From an uncultured Hyphomonas sp. (GTDB lineage Bacteria; Pseudomonadota; Alphaproteobacteria; Caulobacterales; Hyphomonadaceae), in contig CAZXVJ010000006.1 in the NCBI GenBank assembly GCA_964644385.1, positions 28,142-92,141 on the forward strand: a stretch of DNA of 64,000 nucleotides, read 5' to 3'. Made by a program: the position numbers and the translations under genes. Of the stretch, positions 1-9,187 are shown in pieces; position 1 is the first letter of the stretch; each line of letters begins with the position of its first letter. The notes under the pieces were generated by a model. That model searched no databases. It worked only from the letters and a program-made list of their open reading frames with translations, and had not been told where the DNA came from.

Positions 1-414
1 CATGAGCCGGAAGAGTTTATGCCCGAAGGCCTACTCGAAGAATTGGCTGATCTGCCACCTGACACAGGCGGCAGAGGCGGTCGCGGACGCAGCGGCCGCT
101 CTGGTGGCAGAGACCGCGGAGGCCGTAGCGAAGGCGGCAGAGGACGCAGCCGCAGCAGGCACAGAGATAAAGATAAGGCGCGGGAAAGCTCGGAAACAAC
201 CGAGGCAAAGGAATCGCAGCAAGACGCGCCCAAAAAAGAGCGTACCGAAAAGCCTAAACGTGAAGCACGAAGCGATAGGCCGAAGAACGAAAAGCCGAAA
301 CGCGAGCGCGGTAACCGAGATCGCAAACGCAAAGATGATGACCCCATCCTTGATCCTGCACCGGAAGCGGTTAAAGGCTTCGGCGATGATGTTCCAGGCT
401 TCCTAAAACGCTAA
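1..414 (+). CDS. C-terminal fragment of a DEAD-box RNA helicase. Arg/Gly-rich basic tail; the 5' end lies outside the window.
   Basis: Frame 1 is open from nt 1 with no start inside the window. RGG/RGR-rich then Lys/Arg/Glu-rich tail is typical of bacterial DEAD-box helicase C-termini. The frame-2 ORF (2..406) is the alternative reading. Confidence 0.4.
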   Translation, partial: HEPEEFMPEGLLEELADLPPDTGGRGGRGRSGRSGGRDRGGRSEGGRGRSRSRHRDKDKARESSETTEAKESQQDAPKKERTEKPKREARSDRPKNEKPKRERGNRDRKRKDDDPILDPAPEAVKGFGDDVPGFLKR

Positions 415-430
415 ATCTGGGCGCTGTGCC

Positions 431-1156
431 ATGACCGACATCATTGACGCCAGCAAACCCCTCTCTCAACGCTTGGCAAAGCTGCACGCGCCCGGTGACG
501 TCTTTGTGGTTGGCCTGACGGGCTCTGTCGCGTCCGGTAAATCAACACTCGCCCGGCAGGTAACCGAACAGTTAGCCGACAAGCTGAGCGTCGACATGGC
601 GTCCACCGATGGCTTTCTATTTCCCACGGCCGTTCTGGAAGAGCGCGATCTAATGCATCGCAAGGGCTTTCCGGAAAGCTACGACACAGCCTCTATGGCC
701 GCTGCGATAGAAAGCCTGCGAAGCGGCGAAGCCACATTTCCAGCCTATAGTCATATTACCTTTGATATTGACCCTTCAGGCGCACGCACGCTGCCAGCGC
801 CTGACATCATGATATTGGAAGGCTTGGGCTTCACCGCGCCAAGCCCGCCGCCTCGCAAAATCGACCAACCAGACGTTTTAATTTATCTGGATGCGAAGCT
901 GGAAGATTTGGAGCGTTGGTATCTTGACCGTTTCCTGCGCTTCTGGCGCGCCGCCGAGGACGACCGCACATCCTTTTATGCCCAATTCCTGCACATGACA
1001 GAGCCAGAACTGATCGCGTTCGCAAAATCCGTCTGGGCGGGCATCAACCTGCCCAATCTCGAAAACCACATCCTACCCCTGCGCGACACCGCAGACATCG
1101 TGGTCAAAAAAGATGCCAGCCACCGCATTGAAATAATGGAAGATCGAACTGCCTGA
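431..1156 (+). CDS. coaA: Type I pantothenate kinase (CoaA family, P-loop kinase). N-terminal region is short.
   Basis: Walker A GLTGSVASGKST. TDGFLFP..VLEERDLMHRKGFPESYD, AYSHITFDI and DIMILEGL blocks match the E. coli CoaA core (TDGFLHPN..LKERGLMKKKGFPESYD..PVYSHLIYDV..DILILEGLN). Confidence 0.7.
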   Translation: MTDIIDASKPLSQRLAKLHAPGDVFVVGLTGSVASGKSTLARQVTEQLADKLSVDMASTDGFLFPTAVLEERDLMHRKGFPESYDTASMAAAIESLRSGEATFPAYSHITFDIDPSGARTLPAPDIMILEGLGFTAPSPPPRKIDQPDVLIYLDAKLEDLERWYLDRFLRFWRAAEDDRTSFYAQFLHMTEPELIAFAKSVWAGINLPNLENHILPLRDTADIVVKKDASHRIEIMEDRTA

Positions 1157-1269
1157 CACCTAGTATCCGGCTTGAAAAATCATTGTCTATGTAAAAGAGA
1201 GATTGGAACTGCCGAAGAGTCGTGCGCCGCGGTAATGTTAGGGCATCCAACTTGAACCGGTGTCTCAAT

Positions 1270-3870
1270 CTAAGGCAGGCGCGCACATTGGCTTTGAGAT
1301 TGATACGCGTTGAACCGCGAAAGGTCTCCGCTGGATAAATAGTAGTCGGGGTTCGCCTCCACGCCCGCCCTGGTGAGCGCATCCACTTCAGCCAAAAGTG
1401 CACAAATTTCGCTGCGGCTGTCTTCCCTGAAAATCTCATCGCGGCGAACCATGATGAGCGCCTTTTGGAGCCGTAAGGCAATAGATTCATCCCTCACGAT
1501 CTCATTTTCTGGCTGAATATCCAGATAGGCATCTGGAATGGCGGTGGCGCGCGATATGCTTTCGATGGCTGCGTCCAATTCGAAAGACAGCCCCGCTTCG
1601 ACATAGGCTCTATTCTTATGCGTGGCATAAACCAATTGGAGATAGGAATAGGTGTTGTCATCGAAGGGCTTCAGCCGTTCAAGCAAAACCTCCGCCGTAT
1701 CCAAATGCTCTTTGAGCTCATTTGCGATCTTGAGGTTCTCCGCCATTCCGGGTTGTCGTTTCTGAGCCTCCAAAATAGCACGCCCGCCATCTGAGTAAGT
1801 TCCCAGACGTGTCTCAACATCTTGAAGGGATGGTCGCCAGTCCAGTCCCATCACCGTTGTCCCAATCATTGTCTCCAGTGCCCAAAAATAGGTGTATATG
1901 TCCTCCGGATTAGACGGGTTGTCCTCCATCCTGCTTTTTGCGGTTTGAAATCCCGTCTGCACCCACTCGCGTACCGTCTCATATTCTGACCTGTCTGAAA
2001 TCGGCACGGTATCATGTGGTGGATTCCACTTACTCGAAGAGATCGCGTTGCCGGCAAGGTACAGGAAAGACCAATGTGAAATGATGTGGTCGTTATTGGC
2101 CAAATCATCTGCATACAATGCCCTGACGTCTCGCTCGATCGCGATGATTTCATCATCTAACTCTGCGAAACCTTGAGCGTCTGATTTTGCGCCCCAAAGC
2201 TCGAAGCGAATATCCAATAACGCCGCTTTGATCTCGATATTGTCTGGATCATCCTGAAGCAGGTCTTCATAGATCGCGCGCGCCTGCTCTGCGGCTTCTG
2301 GCATTTGTGAGCGGTCATTGAAATGAAAACGATAGACGTAGGCGCGGTTGACCAACTCATCAGCAAACAATTTCCGAACCTGCGGGCTCGCGTCGGGTCT
2401 CCCGGCGAGATCCTTCAATATGTTTAGCGAAATCTCAAACTGTTTTAGGCCCTCCTCAGGGTCACCCAGATTTCGGCCGCCCGACTGGGTCAACAAGTCT
2501 CCCAGTTGTTTGCGGCCCCGTGCATGTTCCAGGTCTAGGCTCGAATCCGCTTTCGCAGCCTCGGCTATAATGTTCAAATAGCGCGAAGACGTTTCGCTAA
2601 CCTTCTGCTGCAATGGCAACGTTCCGGGCAACTTGCTGAGGTCCTCGCCAAGGTCATTAAGTAGGAAACTCGTCAACTCGCGGGTTTCGGCAAATCGCTG
2701 GTCAGCTTGAACCCTTGCCGTCTGCGCCCGCCCATACTGCACCAGCGTTACGGTCAGGGCGGCAACAAGACCAAGCAGCGCCGCGCTCGTCAGGCCCACG
2801 CCAACTTTGTGCCGCGACATGAACTTGCTCACAGCATATTTACGCCCACCATCCACAGCGCTTACAGCGCGCCCGTTTAGATAGTTCTGAACGTCCTCTA
2901 CTAAGCCGCTGACGCTTGTAAAACGGCGCTCAGGTGCCTCGGCGGATGCTTTTTGCATAATCGCGACCAGTTCACCGTCCTGATCATTCGGTTCAATGAG
3001 GGCTTCGAGAAGTTTGCCAAGCGAATACACATCCGACAACGTGTTCGCACGCGCGCCGACAGAACGCTCTGGCGCAGCAAACCCAGGTGTAAAGCTCAGA
3101 CTGGCCAGTGAACCCGATCCCGCCTTTGCCGGGGCCGCCTCATCGAGGGGTTTGGCGATCCCGAAATCAATCAGTTTCACAACACCCGACATATCCACCA
3201 AAACATTGGAGGGGGTGATATCCCGGTGAATGATCTGGTTTTGGTGCGCGTAGGCCACGGCCGAACACGCAGCGATGAACAGTTGAAGACGATCGTTTTT
3301 CGACAAACCGTTTTGGCTCGCCCATTTTGTGATGGGCGAGCCGTCAATAAACTCCATCACAATATAGGGCTCGCCAGTGTCTAACTCACCGCCATCATAC
3401 AGGCGGGCAATGTTAGGATGGCTAAGGCCAGCCAGTGTTTGGCGTTCAATCGCAAATCTCGCGACCAATTTCTCAGACAGTGCGCCCGGGCGAACCACCT
3501 TGATGGCAACCTGGTGATCAAAGTCTCCGCTCGCTCGTTCCCCGCGATACACAGCGCCCATCCCACCGCGACCAATGAGGTCAATTATCCTGTAGGCCCC
3601 AATTTTCTCAGGCACTTTCGTGTCATCCAATGCGTCGTTAAAGGCCCCGCCCGTTCGCAGTTCGACGCGCGCCTCATTATCTCTGGACAGGTAAGTTAGC
3701 GCCCGTTCTATAAGGGCGGCGTCGCCTCGTCCTTCAGCCTCGATCCAGGCGATACGATCATCGGAGGGCACATCCAACGATCGCTCAAACAGCTCCAGCG
3801 CCCGCGTTTCAAGACTATTTTTATCATCTGACATATCGTCCCCCGCCCTCAGGTAATCACATCGCGTCAC
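1270..3870 (-). CDS. Ser/Thr protein kinase of the ECF-sigma-associated type. N-terminal helix motif, Hanks kinase domain, one TM helix, then a ~470-aa extracytoplasmic helical repeat domain.
   Basis: VAIKVV (VAIK), HRDITPSNVLV, DFGIAKP and APE motifs. N-terminus ALELFERSLDVPSDDRIAWIEAEGRGDAALIERALTYL matches the conserved N-terminal segment of kinases encoded next to ECF sigma factors. TM at LTSAALLGLVAALTVTLV. An alternative start at MSDDKNS (about nt 3834) is possible. Confidence 0.85.
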   Translation of the reverse strand: MTRCDYLRAGDDMSDDKNSLETRALELFERSLDVPSDDRIAWIEAEGRGDAALIERALTYLSRDNEARVELRTGGAFNDALDDTKVPEKIGAYRIIDLIGRGGMGAVYRGERASGDFDHQVAIKVVRPGALSEKLVARFAIERQTLAGLSHPNIARLYDGGELDTGEPYIVMEFIDGSPITKWASQNGLSKNDRLQLFIAACSAVAYAHQNQIIHRDITPSNVLVDMSGVVKLIDFGIAKPLDEAAPAKAGSGSLASLSFTPGFAAPERSVGARANTLSDVYSLGKLLEALIEPNDQDGELVAIMQKASAEAPERRFTSVSGLVEDVQNYLNGRAVSAVDGGRKYAVSKFMSRHKVGVGLTSAALLGLVAALTVTLVQYGRAQTARVQADQRFAETRELTSFLLNDLGEDLSKLPGTLPLQQKVSETSSRYLNIIAEAAKADSSLDLEHARGRKQLGDLLTQSGGRNLGDPEEGLKQFEISLNILKDLAGRPDASPQVRKLFADELVNRAYVYRFHFNDRSQMPEAAEQARAIYEDLLQDDPDNIEIKAALLDIRFELWGAKSDAQGFAELDDEIIAIERDVRALYADDLANNDHIISHWSFLYLAGNAISSSKWNPPHDTVPISDRSEYETVREWVQTGFQTAKSRMEDNPSNPEDIYTYFWALETMIGTTVMGLDWRPSLQDVETRLGTYSDGGRAILEAQKRQPGMAENLKIANELKEHLDTAEVLLERLKPFDDNTYSYLQLVYATHKNRAYVEAGLSFELDAAIESISRATAIPDAYLDIQPENEIVRDESIALRLQKALIMVRRDEIFREDSRSEICALLAEVDALTRAGVEANPDYYLSSGDLSRFNAYQSQSQCARLP

Positions 3871-3966
3871 TGTATTAAAGGCGCAGACGTCTGCAATATC
3901 GGGTCAATAACTGAACGTTCTCAAACTCAAATTGACCCAAAGACAATCGCTCTCACGCCTATTCTA

Positions 3967-4719
3967 TTGTACGCCATTGTGGAATCGATCATGATCAAAC
4001 GTCCCAAGGCCCCTGACATGGCTCCTGTAATTTACGCTATCGGAGATGTTCATGGTGAAGCGCAGCGACTGCTTCAGTTGCATAGCTATATCTTTGAGCG
4101 CCATGAACAGATGCATGCAGACCGTCCTTTGCGCATGGTCCATCTCGGCGACTATGTTGACCGCGGCTCAAACAGCGCGGATGTCATCGACATCATAAGC
4201 GGGCTTGAAAACAGACAAGATATCTCATGCATCAATCTACTCGGAAACCACGAGGAAATGATGCTGAATGGCCTGACACGCGCCACAGCGACCGCTTATG
4301 ACAATTGGCTCATCAATGGCGGTAAAGCGACGATCGAAAGCTATAAAGCACGCGGAGAAGACTCCGTACCGAAGCGCCACATCAATTGGCTAAAAACCTT
4401 GTTGCCAATCCATATTGAAGACACGCCAAAGTTGATCTTCGTGCATGCAGGCATAAATCCATCGCTGTTTCCAAATGAATCTGACGCCACCTATCGTTGG
4501 ACGCGCTCGCCTCGCTTTTTCAACGTTTCCAATTGGTCCAATCCAGATCTCGACGGCTGGACGGTTGTGCATGGTCACACGCCGACAGATGACTTCTATC
4601 CCGAACACAGTTCGGCAAAGGCAGCGCGACTAAACATAGACACAGGCGCGGTATTTGGGGGACGGCTCACCGCAGCCATCTTTGTTCCTGGGGAAGACGT
4701 TCAGTTCATCTTTGCCTAA
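3967..4719 (+). CDS. PPP-family (metallophosphoesterase) Ser/Thr protein phosphatase, PrpA/PrpB / lambda-phosphatase-like.
   Basis: GDVHG, GDYVDRG and GNHE metallophosphoesterase motifs in canonical order. Divergent from the kinase and convergent with the ECF sigma gene. An alternative start at MIKRPK (nt 3991) is possible. Confidence 0.8.
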   Translation: MYAIVESIMIKRPKAPDMAPVIYAIGDVHGEAQRLLQLHSYIFERHEQMHADRPLRMVHLGDYVDRGSNSADVIDIISGLENRQDISCINLLGNHEEMMLNGLTRATATAYDNWLINGGKATIESYKARGEDSVPKRHINWLKTLLPIHIEDTPKLIFVHAGINPSLFPNESDATYRWTRSPRFFNVSNWSNPDLDGWTVVHGHTPTDDFYPEHSSAKAARLNIDTGAVFGGRLTAAIFVPGEDVQFIFA

Positions 4720-4749
4720 AGTGTGCGTTTGATGGGCCGGGATTTTCAA

Positions 4750-5340
4750 TTACACGGCGTCGTTTATCGCATCGAGTAACCACGCCCGCGCCACACGCCA
4801 TTGACGCTTCACCGTCGACTCAGATGTTCCGGTCACTTCGGCGACCTCTTCCATCGTCATGCCGCCAAAATACCTCAGCTCAACAATGCTGGCCTTCTCC
4901 GCGTCGATGGCTGCAAGACGTATCAGAGACTTTTCCAACACATCCATGTCCAACCGCTGCGAGCCCCCTTCGAAGCGCGTCACAAGCGTAACCTTGCGAT
5001 GGTGTCGCTTGTCGGTCTTCTTCTTGCGCGCATGATCAATCAACACCCGGCGCATTGCGCGCGCAGATAGCGCGAGGAAGTGGCTTTTGTCCGCCCATTC
5101 AATCTGATCCAGCTGAATTAAACGAAGCGCGGCCTCATTCACCAAATCTCCCGTAGTGAGAGAATTATTACTTTCTGCTCGCAGAAGCGCCGCGGAAACC
5201 TGCCTTAACTCCGAATACAACAGCTCAAACAACGCGTCGCGCGCAGCTGTTTCGCCGCCGCGCCAGCGCTGTAGCAGCGCATTGCTGTCTTCAGAATTTG
5301 TCACCATCGACCGTCTTCCCCCCACGCTAGTAAGCCGCAA
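4750..5340 (-). CDS. ECF-type RNA polymerase sigma factor (sigma-70 regions 2 and 4) of the Ser/Thr-kinase-associated group.
   Basis: LLQRWRGGETAARDALFELLYSEL (region 2), HFLALSARAMRRVLIDHAR, and VELRYFGGMTMEEVAEVTGTSESTVKRQWRVARAWL (region 4 HTH). Adjacent to a kinase carrying the matching N-terminal motif. A probable alternative start at MVTNSE (about nt 5307) exists. Confidence 0.85.
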   Translation of the reverse strand: MRLTSVGGRRSMVTNSEDSNALLQRWRGGETAARDALFELLYSELRQVSAALLRAESNNSLTTGDLVNEAALRLIQLDQIEWADKSHFLALSARAMRRVLIDHARKKKTDKRHHRKVTLVTRFEGGSQRLDMDVLEKSLIRLAAIDAEKASIVELRYFGGMTMEEVAEVTGTSESTVKRQWRVARAWLLDAINDAV

Positions 5341-5456
5341 CCACAGCGCTTTTGCAAGAAATCATGAGCTTGCGCGATTTATTTCAAATTCTCCTGACCC
5401 ATTACCCGGTCAAGCTGCGCCTCTAACCGTGACACCGAATTTTTTGGAGATACGAA

Positions 5457-6011
5457 ATGGAAGACGTCGTCAGTGCGATCCCACCCGAAGCGTGGCCCCT
5501 CATAGATATATTATTCAATGTCACGATGGCGGTGACAGGCATTTGGCTGGCATGGACAGTCTTTGTCATTTGGCGACGCAACTCATCGAATTTGACGTCC
5601 ATGAGCAGCGTCTCACCAAATCGAAAAGCAAAACCCGACTTTTTGTCCGTCGATGAAAAGGAACGGCGTGAAGCCATCAAACGCGGCGAAAAGTTTGAAA
5701 AAGACCTCGACACTCGTGAACGAGAAGACGCCAAAGCGCTCAAGAAGGCGGGACGGAAAAAGGAGACCAAAGCCGGTCGTATCGGCCGCATCGTCTCATT
5801 CGGAATGGCGTTATTTTCAATCGCCACGATGATCTCTGGAACGGTTTTTCAGGTCTCAATCATGGGTCGGTATTGGGAACAATATTCTGCCAGTGAGCGC
5901 CTTCTCTCCGTCATCCAGAACCACCCCATCGGCGTTTCGGTCACCGTGCTGGTCATTCTCTACAACGTCATCACTTTCATCACTAACTACACATCGGAAG
6001 GGAGTTCATAA
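5457..6011 (+). CDS. Hypothetical 3-TM membrane protein with a central charged (KR/E-rich) helix. First gene of the operon.
   Basis: GGAGA RBS 7 nt upstream of the ATG. Hydrophobic segments at about aa 14-38, 113-135 and 157-178. Its stop is 1 nt before the next start. Confidence 0.5.
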   Translation: MEDVVSAIPPEAWPLIDILFNVTMAVTGIWLAWTVFVIWRRNSSNLTSMSSVSPNRKAKPDFLSVDEKERREAIKRGEKFEKDLDTREREDAKALKKAGRKKETKAGRIGRIVSFGMALFSIATMISGTVFQVSIMGRYWEQYSASERLLSVIQNHPIGVSVTVLVILYNVITFITNYTSEGSS

Positions 6012-6012
6012 C

Positions 6013-7608
6013 ATGGCTTCTGAACCAGTCATTCTAAGCGACCCACGGATCATCGCCGAATTTTTGCGCCAAACAGAATTCCAGGGTTTTTTCGAAAAGC
6101 GCTTCGCCGTTCCCCCAGACTATGCCGCCCTACTCTTTAAAAACGGACAGCTGATTGATGCCTTCAAAGGCGGACACTTCTCAGTTGGCGGCTTGGTCGA
6201 CAAGCTCAAAGGCGTCATTGGCGGCTCCACTCATGTCTCAATGATGATCGCGGATCTGAAACCGTTTCAAGTGCAAACGATGATTCAAGGCCGCAGCAAA
6301 GACAATGTCGATATTGTGGGCGTTGCCACACTGGAACTGCAGGTCAATCCAGATAAGCCGTCGAACTTCTTGGGCATGATGCACGGCGTGGATCGCGCAC
6401 CGGGCGACGCAAACGAGTTGGGCCGCAAATCTCTGACAAAAGGTCAGATTCTTGCGCGCATTCGCCCTCACCTATCAGACCGCGTTTTTGAAGCCACGAT
6501 TGGCCGGATCGACGCAATTGATCTGCGCGGTGACGTTGGCCTGCAAGACAAATTGCAAGCTGACATGATGCAAGAGGTGGAACGGGTCGCCGGCGATCTT
6601 GGTCTCTTGGTTCGGGCGGCGTCTATCGAATGGGCGGAAAACGCTGAAGAAGCCGCGCATCAGGCCCGGGCTGACGCGTCCCGCCAGCAAGACAATATCG
6701 ATTTTGAGATCGAAATGGCAAGACGCTCAGCTGAGCGCGCTCAAGACGCTATGATCTACAACATCAACAGCGAAGTCGATATCGCCAAGCTTCAGAACGC
6801 CAGTGAAGACGAACTCAAACACATGGCGCTCAACAGCGAGATCACCTTCCTGGACGCCCGCGAAGACGCAAAACGTCGTCAGGAAATGGATGAGTTGGAT
6901 CACCAGATTGCCTTTCTTGAAAAAGAACGCCGAACAACGTTTCAGAACGCGATTGAAACCGCGGAAAACGAAACGGATCTCAAACAGATCCAGCAGAAGC
7001 AGCTCAAACTCGACACCGAGATGGATGCGATGCGCCAGTTGCATCTGCAAAAAATGCAGCAATCCGGCGCATACAGCGAAGCGGAAGTCACCGCAAAAAT
7101 CCAAAAGCAACAGCGTGAACACATCTCTGCCCTGCAAGACATTGAGTTACGTGCAGAAAAAGTGCGTTCCGAATTAAAGCGAATTGAACGCAAAGACTCC
7201 CAGGACTTTGAACTAAAAAAACTTGGCGTTCAGCAGTCGATGAGTTCGGAACAAATTCTGGCTGTTCAGGCGGGGCTATCGCCGGATGTCGCTGCCGTAC
7301 TGGCCGAGCGAGCCCGCGCCGATTCCGATGGCAATGAAACCACGATGAAACTGATGCGCGAAATGGTAGAGGCAGCAACCGCCAGCCAAATCCGCTCAGA
7401 GGCGCAGGCCCGCGAGATGTTTAAAATGGGCATGGATGGCACGGTCGGCGTCGCAGCAGGCGCAGGAGGGGGACGCGCAAGCGGAGCGGCTGGGTCATCC
7501 AATAACGACTCAGCCGCTCAATCCTCAGTCGACTGTCCAAAATGCAGCACCACAGCGGACGCAATGTCAAAATTTTGCGCCAAGTGCGGCCACAAGCTTC
7601 GGACCTGA
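6013..7608 (+). CDS. SPFH (band-7/flotillin-like) domain protein with a long coiled-coil and a C-terminal zinc ribbon.
   Basis: GGAAGGGAG RBS before the ATG at 6013. The six-frame ORF starts at 5893, but the internal Met 41 at 6013 is the supported start. SPFH core-like TMIQGRSKDNVDIVGVATLELQVN (compare stomatin ILTKD.V.V.VD.VVYYRV). About 250 aa of heptad-like E/K/Q/R-rich sequence follow. C-terminus is VDCPKCSTTADAMSKFCAKCGHKL (CxxC..CxxC). Confidence 0.6.
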   Translation: MASEPVILSDPRIIAEFLRQTEFQGFFEKRFAVPPDYAALLFKNGQLIDAFKGGHFSVGGLVDKLKGVIGGSTHVSMMIADLKPFQVQTMIQGRSKDNVDIVGVATLELQVNPDKPSNFLGMMHGVDRAPGDANELGRKSLTKGQILARIRPHLSDRVFEATIGRIDAIDLRGDVGLQDKLQADMMQEVERVAGDLGLLVRAASIEWAENAEEAAHQARADASRQQDNIDFEIEMARRSAERAQDAMIYNINSEVDIAKLQNASEDELKHMALNSEITFLDAREDAKRRQEMDELDHQIAFLEKERRTTFQNAIETAENETDLKQIQQKQLKLDTEMDAMRQLHLQKMQQSGAYSEAEVTAKIQKQQREHISALQDIELRAEKVRSELKRIERKDSQDFELKKLGVQQSMSSEQILAVQAGLSPDVAAVLAERARADSDGNETTMKLMREMVEAATASQIRSEAQAREMFKMGMDGTVGVAAGAGGGRASGAAGSSNNDSAAQSSVDCPKCSTTADAMSKFCAKCGHKLRT

Positions 7609-7612
7609 TCTG

Positions 7613-9187
7613 ATGTCATCATCACCTCTTGAAATCTGTTCGTCTTGCGGCGCCACTATACCCGAAAACGCACGCTTTTGCGTTGAATGCGGCATCACAC
7701 TGGGATCTGGTCCGGTCGATACGCCGACGATGCACACGGTCAGCGGTCTCGAAACCGTCTTGCCGGACGATCAGGGCCACGCGCTCGCCAATGCGTCGTC
7801 ATCTGTTCTCAGCCCAGGCGACGTCATCGCTGACAAGTTTGAGATCGAGCGCGTCATCGGCCAAGGCGGCATGGGCACAGTCTACAAAGCAAAGGAGATT
7901 CTATCCGGCCAAACGGCAGCATTGAAAGTCATCTCGCAAAAGTTTGTCGGCAGCGAAAAAGCCGTCAAACGCTTGATCGAAGAAGGCATGACCACGCGGG
8001 GCATTTCACACCCCAATGTGGTCCAGATCTTCGACATCGGTCTGCACGGCACCCAGCCCTACATTGCCATGGAGTATTTAGACGGGCGGCCACTGCATGT
8101 TTGGCGCGGTGAGAAGATGGCCAATGGTGAAGCGGTTCCCGTTCGCGTCGCCGGCCAGATTATCAAAGAGGTGCTCCACGGACTTCAAGCCGCTCATGAT
8201 GCAGGGGTTATCCACCGCGACCTGAAGCCTGAAAACATCATGCTGATGGATGAGCCGTCGCAATCCTCTGCAAAAATCAAAATCGTTGATTTCGGCATTG
8301 CGCTCGCCACCAAGACAGCCACAGCGTCTGGCACCGGAACTGGGCTCGGCACGCAGCTTTACATGGCGCCAGAGCAGATCCGAAACGCCAATGCAGCAAA
8401 CGCCTCAGCAGATCTCTACTCATTGTCGAAAATCTTCTACGAATTGATCGTTGGTGTGCTGCCAACAGGTCATTGGCAACCGCCATCAGGCGGGCGTTCA
8501 GATGTGCCACGCGGCATAGATATGCTGATCGAGAAAGGTCTATCCGCCAATCGAGACATGCGCCCACAAAGCGCTGCGGCGTATAAGCAAGCGCTTATCG
8601 CGGGCATGAACCATCAGATGCCGTTACCCAAGCAGGATACAGGCAAGAATTGGAAAACGCCCGTCCTGCTCGCGGGTGGCGCACTGGCGGTCATACTGGG
8701 CGCAGTGGTCATCAACGACGCTGGATCATCGCCCCATCAATCTGGTGAACTGCAGCGTGATCAAAACGACTCAACTTTCGAGTTTTCGCCACCCAATCCC
8801 GAACGCGTTGACGTATCGCCGACAGAGCCGGTCACGCGCGATGTGCAGATTGGCCCTGGCACAGAAACGCCTCAGCCGCGCTTTGCCTACTATAATGGCC
8901 GCTGGGCTGACCCCTTCGGCGGAGCCTATGACATCACCATAAATGACAATGGAAACTTATCAGGCAATGGATATTTGGGAGATGGCACAAGCGTCTCAAT
9001 TGCAGGCCAACTGAGCGGCAACAATCTATCTTATTCACTTGGCATGTTCGGTGAAGCGTTCGCTGAGGGGACAGCAACGAAGACAGACCAGTGTCACTTC
9101 AACTTTACGACCGCCAATTACTTGACCGGCGGCTATTCTAACGGTGTCTTTCACGTCAATCACCAACCTGGGCAACCGTGTCCATGA
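7613..9187 (+). CDS. Zinc-ribbon-containing Ser/Thr protein kinase with one TM helix and a ~140-aa periplasmic C-terminal domain.
   Basis: Internal Met 60 of ORF 7436..9187 sits 5 nt after the upstream stop. N-terminal CSSCGATIPENARFCVECG zinc ribbon. Kinase motifs GQGGMGTVYKA, ALKVI, HRDLKPENIML, DFGIA, APE. TM at VLLAGGALAVILGAVVI. Confidence 0.85.
   Translation: MSSSPLEICSSCGATIPENARFCVECGITLGSGPVDTPTMHTVSGLETVLPDDQGHALANASSSVLSPGDVIADKFEIERVIGQGGMGTVYKAKEILSGQTAALKVISQKFVGSEKAVKRLIEEGMTTRGISHPNVVQIFDIGLHGTQPYIAMEYLDGRPLHVWRGEKMANGEAVPVRVAGQIIKEVLHGLQAAHDAGVIHRDLKPENIMLMDEPSQSSAKIKIVDFGIALATKTATASGTGTGLGTQLYMAPEQIRNANAANASADLYSLSKIFYELIVGVLPTGHWQPPSGGRSDVPRGIDMLIEKGLSANRDMRPQSAAAYKQALIAGMNHQMPLPKQDTGKNWKTPVLLAGGALAVILGAVVINDAGSSPHQSGELQRDQNDSTFEFSPPNPERVDVSPTEPVTRDVQIGPGTETPQPRFAYYNGRWADPFGGAYDITINDNGNLSGNGYLGDGTSVSIAGQLSGNNLSYSLGMFGEAFAEGTATKTDQCHFNFTTANYLTGGYSNGVFHVNHQPGQPCP

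Noticed and set aside
2-406. Alternative-frame ORF (134 aa) overlapping the start of the window
   Set aside because: The frame-1 reading gives the RGG-rich basic tail typical of DEAD-box helicase C-termini and is open to the window edge. The frame-2 product has no recognisable features.
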